From assembly GCA_963666225.3 (NCBI GenBank), contig CAXXRK020000007.1, positions 29,199 to 93,198 of the forward strand: a stretch of 64,000 bases of DNA, in the 5' to 3' direction. Below, piece by piece: positions 9,389 to 19,175 of this stretch. The position numbers and the translations under genes were made by a program. The first letter of the stretch is position 1; each line of letters opens with the position of its first letter. The notes beneath the pieces are model-generated. The model was given only the letters and a program-made list of their open reading frames with translations. It ran no database searches and was not told the origin of the DNA. This DNA is from Bryobacterales bacterium (lineage in GTDB: Bacteria; Acidobacteriota; Terriglobia; Bryobacterales; UBA6623).

Positions 9389-10897
9389 TCAGCGAGAGCG
9401 CCCAGCCTCCTGAATCCGGGCTAGCTCTGCCAGCAGAGCGCTCGTGACAGCCGGTCGGGCGGTGGCCAAATTGCGACGCTCCCCGGGGTCCTCGCTGAGG
9501 AGGTAGAGTTGCATCTGGCTGTGCTCGGACGGATCGAGCGCGCGCCCTGCTGGGGAGGAGAATCCGCCGCTGCCGGTCCCGAGTATCAGCTTCCAAGGTC
9601 CCTTGCGGATCGCGAACACTCCCCGATGACTGCTGTGCACGACCTCCGCTCTGGCGTGCTGGCCCTCCCCGAAGAGCAGGGGGCCGAGGGTGAAGCTGTC
9701 TTCGCCAGCATTCGCCGGCAGATCCACTCCCAAGATCTCGGCAACCGTGGAGAATACGTCCGTCAGGCACACGGCGCGGTCAGAGGTCGCCCCGGCCGGA
9801 ACGTGCCCGTCCCACCGAATGATGAAAGGGACCCGGTGGCCAGCTTCCCATGCATCGGCCTTAAGGCCGCGCCAAGGAGCGTTCGGAACGTGCGAGTAGA
9901 GCTCGGTCACGGTCGAGGTTGCCCCGACGGTTCCAATCCCGCTCCGCGCCGGCGAGCCGTTGTCGGAGCTGAAGATCACCACTGTGTTCTTGATCGCCCC
10001 CGCCCGTTCGAGCAATGTGACGACCCGGCCAAGGATCGAGTCCATCTGGTGGACCCAGTCGCCATACGGCCCGGCGTGGCTCTTCCCTCGATTCCGCGCG
10101 TTGGGCACGATGGGGGTGTGCGGTCCCAAGAGGGGCATGTACAGGAAGAATGGCGTGTCCGGATCGGCGGTGCGCTCTTCCAGCCATTCCAACGCGCGCG
10201 CCGTGATGGTCGGCTGTGCTGCCCAGAAGTCCCAGCCCGGCATCATCGGGCCGCCCCGTTGGCTCTTGTGCACTGGCATGCGCTCGGTCGGAATTCCGAG
10301 CAGGCGGTCATTCTCGATAAACGCGTACGGGGGAAAATTGGGCACGTCGTCGCCGAAGTAGTAGTCGAAGCCGCGTGTCACCGGGCCTTCGCGAATCGGC
10401 GAGGAAAAGTCGATCCTACGGCCGTAAGCCTGGTAGTCCCGGCCAACGTTGACGTCGTCCAATTCGCCAGAGAGGTAGCCGCCCCCCTCGAGCGGCCAGT
10501 CCCAACCGAGGTGCCACTTGCCGATGCAAGCCGTGCGGTACCCCTCGGTCTGGAGCATCTTCCCCAGTGTGAGCCGCCCGGGATGGATCACGGGCCCTCC
10601 CCAGCTGTTCACGATCCCCGTCGGCAGCCTCGAGCGCCAGGGGTACCTGCCGGTCAGCAGGCCGTAGCGCGACGGCGTGCACACCGATGATGCCGAGTGC
10701 GCGTCGGTGAACTTCATGCCCCGCGCGGCGAGTTCGTCGATGTGGGGGGTCGGCACTCTGGAGCGCGGGTTGTATGCCCGCGGGTCCCCGTAGCCCATGT
10801 CGTCCGCAAACACGATCACGATGTTGGGCCTCTGGCCCTCGGCGGGGCAGACGGCGGCGAAGGCCAAGCCTGCCAGGACAAGAACGACCGGCATCAC
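9389..10897 (-). CDS. Arylsulfatase (Cys-type) with signal peptide
   Basis: PNIVIVFADDMGYGD plus signature CTPSRYGLLTGRYP. Leader MMPVVLVLAGLAFAAVCPA. Confidence 0.9.
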   Translation of the reverse strand: MMPVVLVLAGLAFAAVCPAEGQRPNIVIVFADDMGYGDPRAYNPRSRVPTPHIDELAARGMKFTDAHSASSVCTPSRYGLLTGRYPWRSRLPTGIVNSWGGPVIHPGRLTLGKMLQTEGYRTACIGKWHLGWDWPLEGGGYLSGELDDVNVGRDYQAYGRRIDFSSPIREGPVTRGFDYYFGDDVPNFPPYAFIENDRLLGIPTERMPVHKSQRGGPMMPGWDFWAAQPTITARALEWLEERTADPDTPFFLYMPLLGPHTPIVPNARNRGKSHAGPYGDWVHQMDSILGRVVTLLERAGAIKNTVVIFSSDNGSPARSGIGTVGATSTVTELYSHVPNAPWRGLKADAWEAGHRVPFIIRWDGHVPAGATSDRAVCLTDVFSTVAEILGVDLPANAGEDSFTLGPLLFGEGQHARAEVVHSSHRGVFAIRKGPWKLILGTGSGGFSSPAGRALDPSEHSQMQLYLLSEDPGERRNLATARPAVTSALLAELARIQEAGRSR

Positions 10898-10967
10898 TGG
10901 ATCTTCCTCCGGCGCGGTGGACGTGCGGACTGGGCGAGGCGTCCCGAGCCCTGCGAGCTGAGCCCCA

Positions 10968-12464
10968 TCAGGCTTGCACGAACAGCTTCTGGAGCTGGGC
11001 CACGACCGCGGGCTTCGAAGCGGCGATGTTCTCGGTCTCCAGCGGGTCTGCTTCCCGGTCGAACAATCGGACGCGATCGGCGCCGAAACCCTCGACTAGC
11101 TTGTAGCGGGCATCCTGCACGAATCGCCACGGCCCGCCCCCGATCCTCAGCGCCGACCGGGAATACTCGCGGTGGTTGTCCCGGGCCCCTTCCAGAATCG
11201 GGCGCAACGACTGACCGTCCTGCCATTCCAGCGCGCTCGCCTCTCCGTAGTCGAGGAAGGTCGCCGTCAGGTCGATCAAGCTCGCCATGGCGTCGCTGGT
11301 CCTGCCCCCGGAAATGCCAGGACCCGCAAAGCACAAGGGCACGCCGGCCGATGGTTGATAGGGGACGCTCTTGCCCCACCATCCGTGATCGCCGAGCATC
11401 TCCCCGTGGTCGCTGGAATAGACGATCACCGTATTCTCGAACTCCCCCCGCTGCCTGACCTCCTCGACAAACACCCCCAGCCAGCGGTCGATATTCTCGA
11501 CCATCGCGGAATAGTTCTGCCGAATGCGGACGTGCTGCTCCGGAGGTAGCGGCCCATCATACTGGCTGGGCTGGGCAAAGCCATCGATGACTCGGGCCGG
11601 CCCGCGGTAGGCCTCTGCCATGGATTGTGTGATGTCCATCGGGGGGTGGGGCCCGACAAAATTGAGCACCAGGTGCCAGGGCTTGCCCTCCGGCGACCTG
11701 CGCAAGAGCTCGAGTCCGTTGCGAGCGATCCAGTTGTCGCAGTAGGCCTGGTCAGGGACCGGAACCGGGTCGGTCGCGCCCCACCATGTTTCCCGGCGCA
11801 GCAGGTCATCGAGTGCTTCGCCGGGCTGGCTGCGATCCAGCGAGTTCCACTTGACCTCTCCCAGCCGGCCGATCTCCGCGGCCCACATCGCCCCCAAGGG
11901 CGGGTCCAAGGAGTCCAGGAAGGCATAGTACGGATCTTTCGGGCCTGCGGGCTCGCTGCCATATGCGGTTGCACCGCCGCCCTTGCCGCCATTGTCGATC
12001 ATGTCCGAGAAGCCCCACGGCTCCATGGACACCCGGCCGTCCAGCCCCCACCAGCGGTCATTCTTGTGCAGGTCCAGTTTCCCGCAGCCCATCACGTGAT
12101 AGCCGCTGTCCCGGAGGGCTCGGTAGTAGGTGCGCCGGTCCAGGGGGAAATTCGCCCTGTTGCCCACGACTCCGCACCGCTCATAGACACTGCCGGATGC
12201 TAGGCAGGCCCTCGATGGCCCGCAAACCGGCGAGTCGACGACAGTGTTCGGGAAATCCACGCCGCGGGCTCGCAGCTCGGCGAGATGGGGCGTTGGGACC
12301 GGCACGCCGGGATTCCACTGCACCCAGTCAAAGCGGTGTTGGTCGGGGAAGAAGAACAGGAAATTGGGCCGCCCCATCGCGCGGGGCCCCGGCAGCGACG
12401 CGCAGGCGGCCATCCCGGCGACGCCCGCTCCAGATGCCAAGAAGTCCCTTCGTCCGAGTCGCAC
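10968..12464 (-). CDS. Sulfatase (Cys-type) with Tat-like signal
   Basis: RRDFLASGAGVAGMAACA leader, then PNFLFFFPDQHR and CGPSRACLASG. Start set at in-frame GTG 12464. The upstream 220 codons of ORF 10968..13124 look non-coding. Confidence 0.8.
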   Translation of the reverse strand: MRLGRRDFLASGAGVAGMAACASLPGPRAMGRPNFLFFFPDQHRFDWVQWNPGVPVPTPHLAELRARGVDFPNTVVDSPVCGPSRACLASGSVYERCGVVGNRANFPLDRRTYYRALRDSGYHVMGCGKLDLHKNDRWWGLDGRVSMEPWGFSDMIDNGGKGGGATAYGSEPAGPKDPYYAFLDSLDPPLGAMWAAEIGRLGEVKWNSLDRSQPGEALDDLLRRETWWGATDPVPVPDQAYCDNWIARNGLELLRRSPEGKPWHLVLNFVGPHPPMDITQSMAEAYRGPARVIDGFAQPSQYDGPLPPEQHVRIRQNYSAMVENIDRWLGVFVEEVRQRGEFENTVIVYSSDHGEMLGDHGWWGKSVPYQPSAGVPLCFAGPGISGGRTSDAMASLIDLTATFLDYGEASALEWQDGQSLRPILEGARDNHREYSRSALRIGGGPWRFVQDARYKLVEGFGADRVRLFDREADPLETENIAASKPAVVAQLQKLFVQA

Positions 12465-12674
12465 CTTGCGGCCAGTGTACAGCGCACAGGGTTCGCTCCG
12501 CCAGTCTCCACCCGCCGCTCCGCGTTGCGGGACCACTGCGACAGCGCGAGCTCGACCGGTCAGTTCCCAGCGCTGACTGCCGCTCGGGATGGCCGGGCCC
12601 GGGGGCGGCCCGGGTGTGCCCGGTTGGACGGCCGTCGAACGGATGGAGCGCAGTCCGGGCCCGCGATATGATCC

Positions 12675-14585
12675 ATGGCTGTGATTGAGCGGACCGTCCT
12701 CGCGATCGCCACGCTGGCAAGCGCGGCCTATTTTGCCATCGCTGTGAAGCGACGCCTCGCCCCTATGTTCGAGGCCAAGGAGCGGAACCTGCCCTTCGAT
12801 CGGATCGGGCACCGGATCTGGGCGGTGTTTTGCGAGGTTCTGCTGCAGACTCGCGTGCTCCGGGAACGGCCCGTGCCGGGCTTGCTCCACGCGTTGGTGA
12901 TGTGGGGCTTCTTCGCATTCGCCTGGGTTACTGTCGAGCACTTCGCGACCGGTCTCCGTGGCTACGAGCACTCCGGAGAGCCCGGCTGGTACGCCGATTT
13001 CGCCGCCGGCTGGGCGGTTGCCGTCCTGGTTGGTATAGCGGGGCTGGGCGTCCGCCGCTTCGCGATCCGGCCGAGCGCTCTGGGCCCGCGGCTGTCCGGC
13101 ACATCCGCATTGGTCGCGGCGCACATCGTGGTGCTGATGGCCACCTACCTGCTGGACTGGACGGCGCTGGATCCCCCGTCACTGGCTTGGCGGGTGAACT
13201 GGTGGGTGCACACGGCCTCCATCCTTGGGATGCTTTGGCTAATTCCGAACTCGAAGCACCTGCACTTGGTCCTGGCGCCCGTGTCCATCTTCTTCCGCGG
13301 TTCAGGCACCAGTGCCATGCGACCGCTGCGCGAGGAGGATGACGACGACTTCGGCATGCTCTCGTTCGCCGATCTTTCCAGCAAGGACGTGCTTGACGTG
13401 CATTCCTGCGTCGAGTGCGGGCGTTGCACCGACAGATGTCCGGCCAATCTGATCGGCGGTTCGCTGGATCCCAAGCAGATCGTGCTGCAGCTGCAGCAAG
13501 GCTTGGAAGCCGGCGGTGACGTGATCGCGGGTGACCGCGCCATGGTTGCACGGGGCGCGGCGTGGATCAGTGAGGACGACCTCTTCCAATGCTTCACGTG
13601 CGGCGCTTGCGAGGAGGCCTGCCCGGTGGGCATCGAGCATGTCGGCCTCAAGATCCTAGACCTGCGGCGCGGGCTCGTGAGCGAGGGCCGCACGCACAAT
13701 CCCAAGCTGGCGGACATGTTCACCACCATGGAGCGCTCGCCGCACAATCCTTGGGGCGCGTCACAGCTAACTCGGTCCAAGCTGGTCGCCAGCGCTGGCT
13801 TGCCCGTCTGCGAACCGTCCACGGAATGGCTCCTGTGGATCGGGTGCGGGTGCAGCTACGACCCGCACGGGCAGGATGTCGTCCGAGCAATGCAGCGGAT
13901 CCTGACGGCGGCGGGGCAATCTTGGGGGGTCCTCTCAGCCGAGACGTGCTGTGGCGAGCCAGCGCGCCGTGCCGGGAACGAGTACCTCTACTGGGAGCTT
14001 TCCCAGCGCGTGATCTCGGACCTGCGCGCGAAGGGCGTCCGCAAGATCGTCACCTGTGATCCGCACTGCGCCCGGATGTTCGATTCCGATTACCGCCAGC
14101 AGCCGGAGTTCTCGGAATTGGGCATCCAAGTCGTGCACCACACAGAGCTGCTCGCCACGCTCGTGGGATCGCTTGACCTGCGGGGCGGGGCCGGGACGGT
14201 CACCCTGCACGACCCGTGCTACTCGGCGCGCGGCCGTGGGGTCGTGGACCAGCCCCGCGATGTGCTGCGCGCAGTCGGCGCCGATCTCCGCGAAATGTCG
14301 AGCCATGGCGAGCGGACGCTCTGCTGCGGGGCGGGAGGTGCGCAGCTGTTCATCGCCGACGACAGCGTGGAACTCCCGGGAGGCCGCGCCAACCATCGGC
14401 GTTTCGAAGAGGCCCGCGAGACGGGGGCGGACACGATCGCCGTCGCGTGCCCGTACTGCCCGATCATGCTTTCGGACGCCGCCGGGCACGCTGGAAACAG
14501 CGACGTCCGGGTGGCGGACGTCGCGGAATTGGTCGCGGAGCGGCTGGTGCTGCCCGATTCCTCCGATCCTGCCCCTAGCGGTTGA
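12675..14585 (+). CDS. Membrane-anchored Fe-S oxidoreductase, HdrD/DsrK/GlpC-like (two 4Fe-4S motifs plus CCG domains) fused to a multi-TM N-terminal domain
   Basis: About 6 N-terminal TM helices, then CVECGRCTDRCP and CFTCGACEEACP ferredoxin motifs, then cysteine-rich CCG-type motifs (ETCCGEP, TLCCGAGG, ACPYCP). Confidence 0.8.
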   Translation: MAVIERTVLAIATLASAAYFAIAVKRRLAPMFEAKERNLPFDRIGHRIWAVFCEVLLQTRVLRERPVPGLLHALVMWGFFAFAWVTVEHFATGLRGYEHSGEPGWYADFAAGWAVAVLVGIAGLGVRRFAIRPSALGPRLSGTSALVAAHIVVLMATYLLDWTALDPPSLAWRVNWWVHTASILGMLWLIPNSKHLHLVLAPVSIFFRGSGTSAMRPLREEDDDDFGMLSFADLSSKDVLDVHSCVECGRCTDRCPANLIGGSLDPKQIVLQLQQGLEAGGDVIAGDRAMVARGAAWISEDDLFQCFTCGACEEACPVGIEHVGLKILDLRRGLVSEGRTHNPKLADMFTTMERSPHNPWGASQLTRSKLVASAGLPVCEPSTEWLLWIGCGCSYDPHGQDVVRAMQRILTAAGQSWGVLSAETCCGEPARRAGNEYLYWELSQRVISDLRAKGVRKIVTCDPHCARMFDSDYRQQPEFSELGIQVVHHTELLATLVGSLDLRGGAGTVTLHDPCYSARGRGVVDQPRDVLRAVGADLREMSSHGERTLCCGAGGAQLFIADDSVELPGGRANHRRFEEARETGADTIAVACPYCPIMLSDAAGHAGNSDVRVADVAELVAERLVLPDSSDPAPSG

Positions 14586-16767
14586 ACAGGAACGAGTTCG
14601 AGTTCACCAGCGCCCACAGCAGGTCTTGCGCCTGGGCCGCCCTACCCGTGCCGCTGCTGAGGTAGGTCAGTGCCTGGTCCAGCTCTTGCGGGGTTGGAGC
14701 CCGGCTAAAGGCCGAGAGGTAGAGCTCCTCGATCAGCTCGCCGTCGCTCCGCCCGGCCAAGATTGCGTTGGCGATGCGACCGTCCGGGTGGGCGATCGCG
14801 TCGGCTAGCGTGGGGCCGTTCACGAGGCTCATGGCCAGGGGCAGGCTCAGGTCGTTGCGACGCTCGCACTCGCACGAGGACTCGCGGTCGGGGCGGCCGA
14901 ACATGCTCAGGAAGCCGCCCGTGTCCACGTGCGGGTCGGGCAGCTGCTGTGCCGTGAAGTCCTCCGGCACGTCCGGGAAGTCCGGCCTTGCGCCGGTGGC
15001 GATCGTCACCGCGTCCAGCAGGGACTCGGCGGGAAGCCGGCGGGGCACGAAGTGCGAGAAATTCACCTCGTCGCCCGCGTTCCAGTCGTTCGTTTCCATC
15101 GAGGCCTGGTACGTGCGCGAACTGACGATCGTGCGGATCAGGTGTCGCAGGTCGAAGCCGCTGGCTATGAAGTCGGCCTCGAGCGCCTCCAGCAGCGCCG
15201 GGTTGATCGGCGGGTTCGAGTTGCGAATGTCGTCGACGGGCTCGATGATGCCCCGGCCGAAGAAGTAGCTCCAGACACGGTTCACGATTGCCTTGGCGAA
15301 GTAGGGGTTCTTGTCCGACGTCAGCCACAGCGCCATCGCCTCCCGGCTGTCGGCCAGCGACCCGATTTCCGGCATTCCGGCCGAGGCGAGCAGATACTCG
15401 GGCTCGACCGCCTTGTTCGTCGTCGGATGCCGGACCTCGGCGTCGTCCCCCCGCAGGTACACAATTTGCTCGTCGCTGTCAAAGCCCGGCTTCATGCCCA
15501 CCGCGGCGAAGAACGCCGCCATCTGGAAGTACTGGTTCTGCGTCCAGCGCTCGAACGGGTGGTCGTGGCACTGGGCGCAGACCATCCGGACCCCCATGAA
15601 GAGCTGCGTGGTGGTCTCCATCGCCAGCTTGGGGTCGTCGTTGACGCGGAAGAAGTTGGACGCGGGTGTCTGGTAAGTGCTGCCCACCGACGTCAGCAGT
15701 TCCCGCACGAAGTCGTCGTAGGGCTGGTTGTACGCGATCGCGTCCCGGATCCACTGGCGGAAGGCCCACATGCCCTTCTCCCCCAGGTGCTTGCGGTTGG
15801 ACTGGAGCAGGTCACCCCATTTCAGGGCCCAGTGGTCGACGAAGGAATCGCTCCCCACCAGCTCGTCGATCAGCCGGGTCCGCTTGGCCCGGGCCGAGTC
15901 GGGATCGTCGATGAACGCCCGCGCCTGCTCGGGGGTTGGCGGGATTCCCGTCAGGTCTAGGTACAGACGGCGCACGAGAGTGGCGTCGCCCGCCAGCTCG
16001 GATGGCTGGATGTGCAGCCGCTTGAGCTTCGCGTCGATGTGCTCGTCAATGAAATTGTGGGCCGCGACCTGCTTCCACTCGAAGCCGGGGGCGGGGTTGA
16101 GCACGGTCAGGGGGACCGTCTCGAACTTGCCCTCGTACCGCACCAGAATGGCCGCTTCGCCGATGCGCTCGCCCAGGATCGCACCCGAATCCTCGACGCT
16201 CGCGGTGCTGTTCGAGTTGCTCTCCACGACGGCGAGGCTCGACACGTCCCGAGTCGAACCGTCCCCGTAACGCGCCGTGACTTGCAGCCGGGCGCGCTCG
16301 CCCGGACGGTCGAGGAATACTGAGGCTGGCTTGACATCCAGCGCCGCCACGCTGTCCAGCGCCGGATCGCCGAAAGGGGCTCCCTGCGAAATCCACTCGA
16401 CGATCGTGTTGTACGCGTCCGAGTCGCGCTCGAAGCGAAGGCCGCCCTCGTGGGGCACCTGCATGCTGGGCTTGGAGACCATCAGGCTGGCGCCGGGGAC
16501 CGCCCGGTTGAACCGGCGTCCGGACACCTCTAGCAGCAGTGCCCGGTAGTCGAACTCCGCGTCGTAGCCGCGCAGCGACAGCTTGAATCCGTTCTTGCCC
16601 TTAGCGCTGCCGTGGCAGGCTCCCGCCGTGCAGCCGGTGTTGTTCAGGATCGGCATCACGTCGCGCAGGAACGTGAGGCGCTCTTGGTCCCTCTCGGCGG
16701 CGTCTGCTGGCAGGCCGAACGCCAGAAAGGCGAGCGCACAGGTCAGGACAATAGCTCGGTTCATCAC
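14575..16767 (-). CDS. DUF1549/DUF1553 (PSCyt2/PSD1-type) domain protein with signal peptide
   Basis: N-terminal NNTGCTAGACHGSAKGKNGFKLSLRG. DUF1549-like WALKWGDLLQSN...MWAFRQWI. DUF1553-like CAQCHDHPFERWTQNQYF. C-terminal LVNSNSFLFNR. Confidence 0.8.
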   Translation of the reverse strand: MMNRAIVLTCALAFLAFGLPADAAERDQERLTFLRDVMPILNNTGCTAGACHGSAKGKNGFKLSLRGYDAEFDYRALLLEVSGRRFNRAVPGASLMVSKPSMQVPHEGGLRFERDSDAYNTIVEWISQGAPFGDPALDSVAALDVKPASVFLDRPGERARLQVTARYGDGSTRDVSSLAVVESNSNSTASVEDSGAILGERIGEAAILVRYEGKFETVPLTVLNPAPGFEWKQVAAHNFIDEHIDAKLKRLHIQPSELAGDATLVRRLYLDLTGIPPTPEQARAFIDDPDSARAKRTRLIDELVGSDSFVDHWALKWGDLLQSNRKHLGEKGMWAFRQWIRDAIAYNQPYDDFVRELLTSVGSTYQTPASNFFRVNDDPKLAMETTTQLFMGVRMVCAQCHDHPFERWTQNQYFQMAAFFAAVGMKPGFDSDEQIVYLRGDDAEVRHPTTNKAVEPEYLLASAGMPEIGSLADSREAMALWLTSDKNPYFAKAIVNRVWSYFFGRGIIEPVDDIRNSNPPINPALLEALEADFIASGFDLRHLIRTIVSSRTYQASMETNDWNAGDEVNFSHFVPRRLPAESLLDAVTIATGARPDFPDVPEDFTAQQLPDPHVDTGGFLSMFGRPDRESSCECERRNDLSLPLAMSLVNGPTLADAIAHPDGRIANAILAGRSDGELIEELYLSAFSRAPTPQELDQALTYLSSGTGRAAQAQDLLWALVNSNSFLFNR

Positions 16768-16807
16768 AATATCTCTCCTTGCCGGATGCTTGCCCCATTA
16801 TCCACGG

Positions 16808-19171
16808 CTATCCGCCGGAGTGGACGCTGAGCACCCCTTCTACGGGAGCGATGTTGTACGGGACCGCTTCCTTGTCCCGGCCGGCCAAGACCGATTTTGG
16901 GACCACCTCGACCAAATAGTCGCCGCTCTCTACGCTCGTGGAAGCCCTGCACGCTAGCGAGTAGGTCGCAGGGCTGCCGCTGACGGTGAGCGCGTCGCAG
17001 GAGGTGCCCGCCGGGAGGTTGGCAGCCTCCAGCATGACCTCAGAGTCGAAGTCGGGCTGCCGGGAAAAGCTCCCGGTGATCTCGAACTCCCCGCCCGGAG
17101 CGGCCGTGACCGGGCCGTTGGGCGCTCCGATCTCGTAGCCCTGGACGACGTCGACCGTGATGGCCCGGGAGAAGATCTCGTGCGTGACGCCTTCGTGCCG
17201 GACCCGTCCTCGCAGGACAATGTCGAAGAGCATCGCGGGAGTGCCCATGGTTGTGTTCATTTCCAGCAAGCCCTGCTTGTCGCCCGGCTTGACCTTCACC
17301 GATCCGAGGATCCGCAGGTTGGCCACTCCCGGGGCGTTGACCAGGCTGACTGCGTCCACGGCCTGCGTTCCAGGGGCGTGAGTGCTGAAAGTCCACCGGA
17401 TGTCGTGGTTCTGGCCTTGGATCAGCCGCAGGGAGCGCCCGGACAGGACTTCGATGGTCGCCGGCGGCGGAGCGACGACATTTCCATCAATGCGCCCGTC
17501 AGGCCCCGGTATCCGAACTGGCCGCTGGCCCGTTCCGGCGACGGGCGTCACGACGGCGGATGTCAGCACGGGACGGCGGATGGCGCTGCCGTCCGAAGCT
17601 TCGCCCACCGCGTGCAACTTCAGGGCGGCATGGCCCAGCACGGCTTCCTCGGTGGCCGAGAACATCACCCTGCCGCTGAGGGATTGCCTCTGCGTCGTCA
17701 TTCCGCCAAACTCGGCCGGAATGTTGCCGCCCTCGGCGGTAACGCCCGGGGGCAGGTTCTCCGCGACGATCCGAACAGGGCCTTCGTAGCCGCGCCGGTC
17801 CATCGTGAAGGCCAAGCTGGTCGCCCCGCCCGCGGGAATGTTCAGCTGGGTGTCGTCCAGCCGAACGATGAAGTCCGCCGGTTGGCGGTGTGCAACGATC
17901 CGGTACCCGTAGCCCGGACCGCCGCGCTCCAAGAGGTCCTGCACGTCGATGCGCAGGCCGGTGACTCCGTCCGGCACGGTGAGGGCGAGCGCCGGGTCGC
18001 CAAACGTCTCGGCGCGGACCGAGATGTTGGAGAGCAGTTCCTCTGGCGGCTGGTCGCCGGCCGATCCGAGCTTGGTGCCGGCCTGGTCGCTGACCGTGAG
18101 CAGCGTGTACAGCTGCGATGTCCCCAGCACCCCGGCCTGAGTCTCGACCATCCACTGCTCGCCCGGCTGGACGTCGAGCAGGTAAGAGTCCACCTCGCCC
18201 GCCCGCTCGATCCGGCCGTTGACCACGGTCGACGGGGTCAGGCGTCTGGCCCGCCCAAGCGCCTGTTCCAGAGTCTCGGGATGGTTGCCGCGCAGGAACG
18301 GGATCGGCAGGCCGCCACGCCCGTCCGGCAACCTCACGGTGTCGCCCGCTGTGGCGACGCGCTCCGGCTCTGGGAGGGTTCCACCGGCCAGTTCCACCTC
18401 GACGGGCTCGCCGGCCTGCCAGCCCAGCGGGAATACCGCCTCGGCGTACTCGAGCGGGCCCGCCACCAGTCGGTAGAAGTTAAGCCTCTGTTCGCTGAAT
18501 CGCGCGTCGTGAACTTCCAGCACGTACTCGCCGGCTTTCGCGGACTCGACTCTCACCCTCGCGTCGCCCCGGATCCCAGGCGAGTCATCGGCACGCGTGA
18601 CAAGGCGCCCGTCGGGGTCGATCACGGCGAGCACTGGATCCACGGCTGACCCGAGCCGCCTTGCCTCCACCTCGAATGTGACGCTCTGGCCGGCCGCCAG
18701 GCGCACCCGGTACCGGTCACGGTCCGCGCCCGTGAGTGTGCCGTTGACCACTGCCGGGATCCCGATCGCCTCGGCGCCGTCGCGGGTGTCGTTCCTGGGG
18801 GCGCGGTCCTCGACCGACTCGAGCTCGGATACTTCCGGAAACGTCGAAACGCTGAACAGCCAGGCGTTGGTGCGCCCCCCGTCGGTCTCGACCGTGATCG
18901 GATACGCCCCGGGCACGGCGTCGGGGGCGATCTCGAGCAGGAAATGGCGCCCGCTGGAATTCGCCGTGAGCTCGGCCAGCGATCCCGGGACTGCGGAGTG
19001 CACCCGGATCTTGCCGGCCAGGCCGCTGCCATCCAGCACCAAACGCACCGCGGAACCGCGCTGGCCGCCCGGCGGGCTCACAGATGTCAGCCTTGGACCC
19101 GCGGCCACGGGCATCGCGAGCAGTGCGCCCAGACACCCGCACGCGAGCAGGTTCCGGCCAAACTTCGGCAT
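16808..19171 (-). CDS. Large secreted protein with pre-peptidase C-terminal (PPC)-like and Ig-like beta domains, function unknown
   Basis: Signal peptide MPKFGRNLLACGCLGALLAMPVAAG. Repeated beta-rich segments with a GxLxxxGDxDxYRV-like PPC motif (GTLTGADRDRYRV, GRIERAGEVDSYLL). ATG 19171 lies 4 nt after the upstream gene's stop. Confidence 0.65.
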   Translation of the reverse strand: MPKFGRNLLACGCLGALLAMPVAAGPRLTSVSPPGGQRGSAVRLVLDGSGLAGKIRVHSAVPGSLAELTANSSGRHFLLEIAPDAVPGAYPITVETDGGRTNAWLFSVSTFPEVSELESVEDRAPRNDTRDGAEAIGIPAVVNGTLTGADRDRYRVRLAAGQSVTFEVEARRLGSAVDPVLAVIDPDGRLVTRADDSPGIRGDARVRVESAKAGEYVLEVHDARFSEQRLNFYRLVAGPLEYAEAVFPLGWQAGEPVEVELAGGTLPEPERVATAGDTVRLPDGRGGLPIPFLRGNHPETLEQALGRARRLTPSTVVNGRIERAGEVDSYLLDVQPGEQWMVETQAGVLGTSQLYTLLTVSDQAGTKLGSAGDQPPEELLSNISVRAETFGDPALALTVPDGVTGLRIDVQDLLERGGPGYGYRIVAHRQPADFIVRLDDTQLNIPAGGATSLAFTMDRRGYEGPVRIVAENLPPGVTAEGGNIPAEFGGMTTQRQSLSGRVMFSATEEAVLGHAALKLHAVGEASDGSAIRRPVLTSAVVTPVAGTGQRPVRIPGPDGRIDGNVVAPPPATIEVLSGRSLRLIQGQNHDIRWTFSTHAPGTQAVDAVSLVNAPGVANLRILGSVKVKPGDKQGLLEMNTTMGTPAMLFDIVLRGRVRHEGVTHEIFSRAITVDVVQGYEIGAPNGPVTAAPGGEFEITGSFSRQPDFDSEVMLEAANLPAGTSCDALTVSGSPATYSLACRASTSVESGDYLVEVVPKSVLAGRDKEAVPYNIAPVEGVLSVHSGG

Positions 19172-19175
19172 GGCG

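Noticed and set aside
12667-12677. TATGAT hexamer 2 nt upstream of ATG 12675, suggesting a leaderless mRNA
   Set aside because: The spacing is too short for a transcript starting at the A of the ATG. This is treated as coincidence.
12465-13124. N-terminal 220-codon extension of the sulfatase ORF 10968..13124, overlapping the start of the Fe-S oxidoreductase gene on the other strand
   Set aside because: The translation is low-complexity and has no sulfatase similarity. A Tat-type signal directly follows the in-frame GTG at 12464, giving a normal-length sulfatase.
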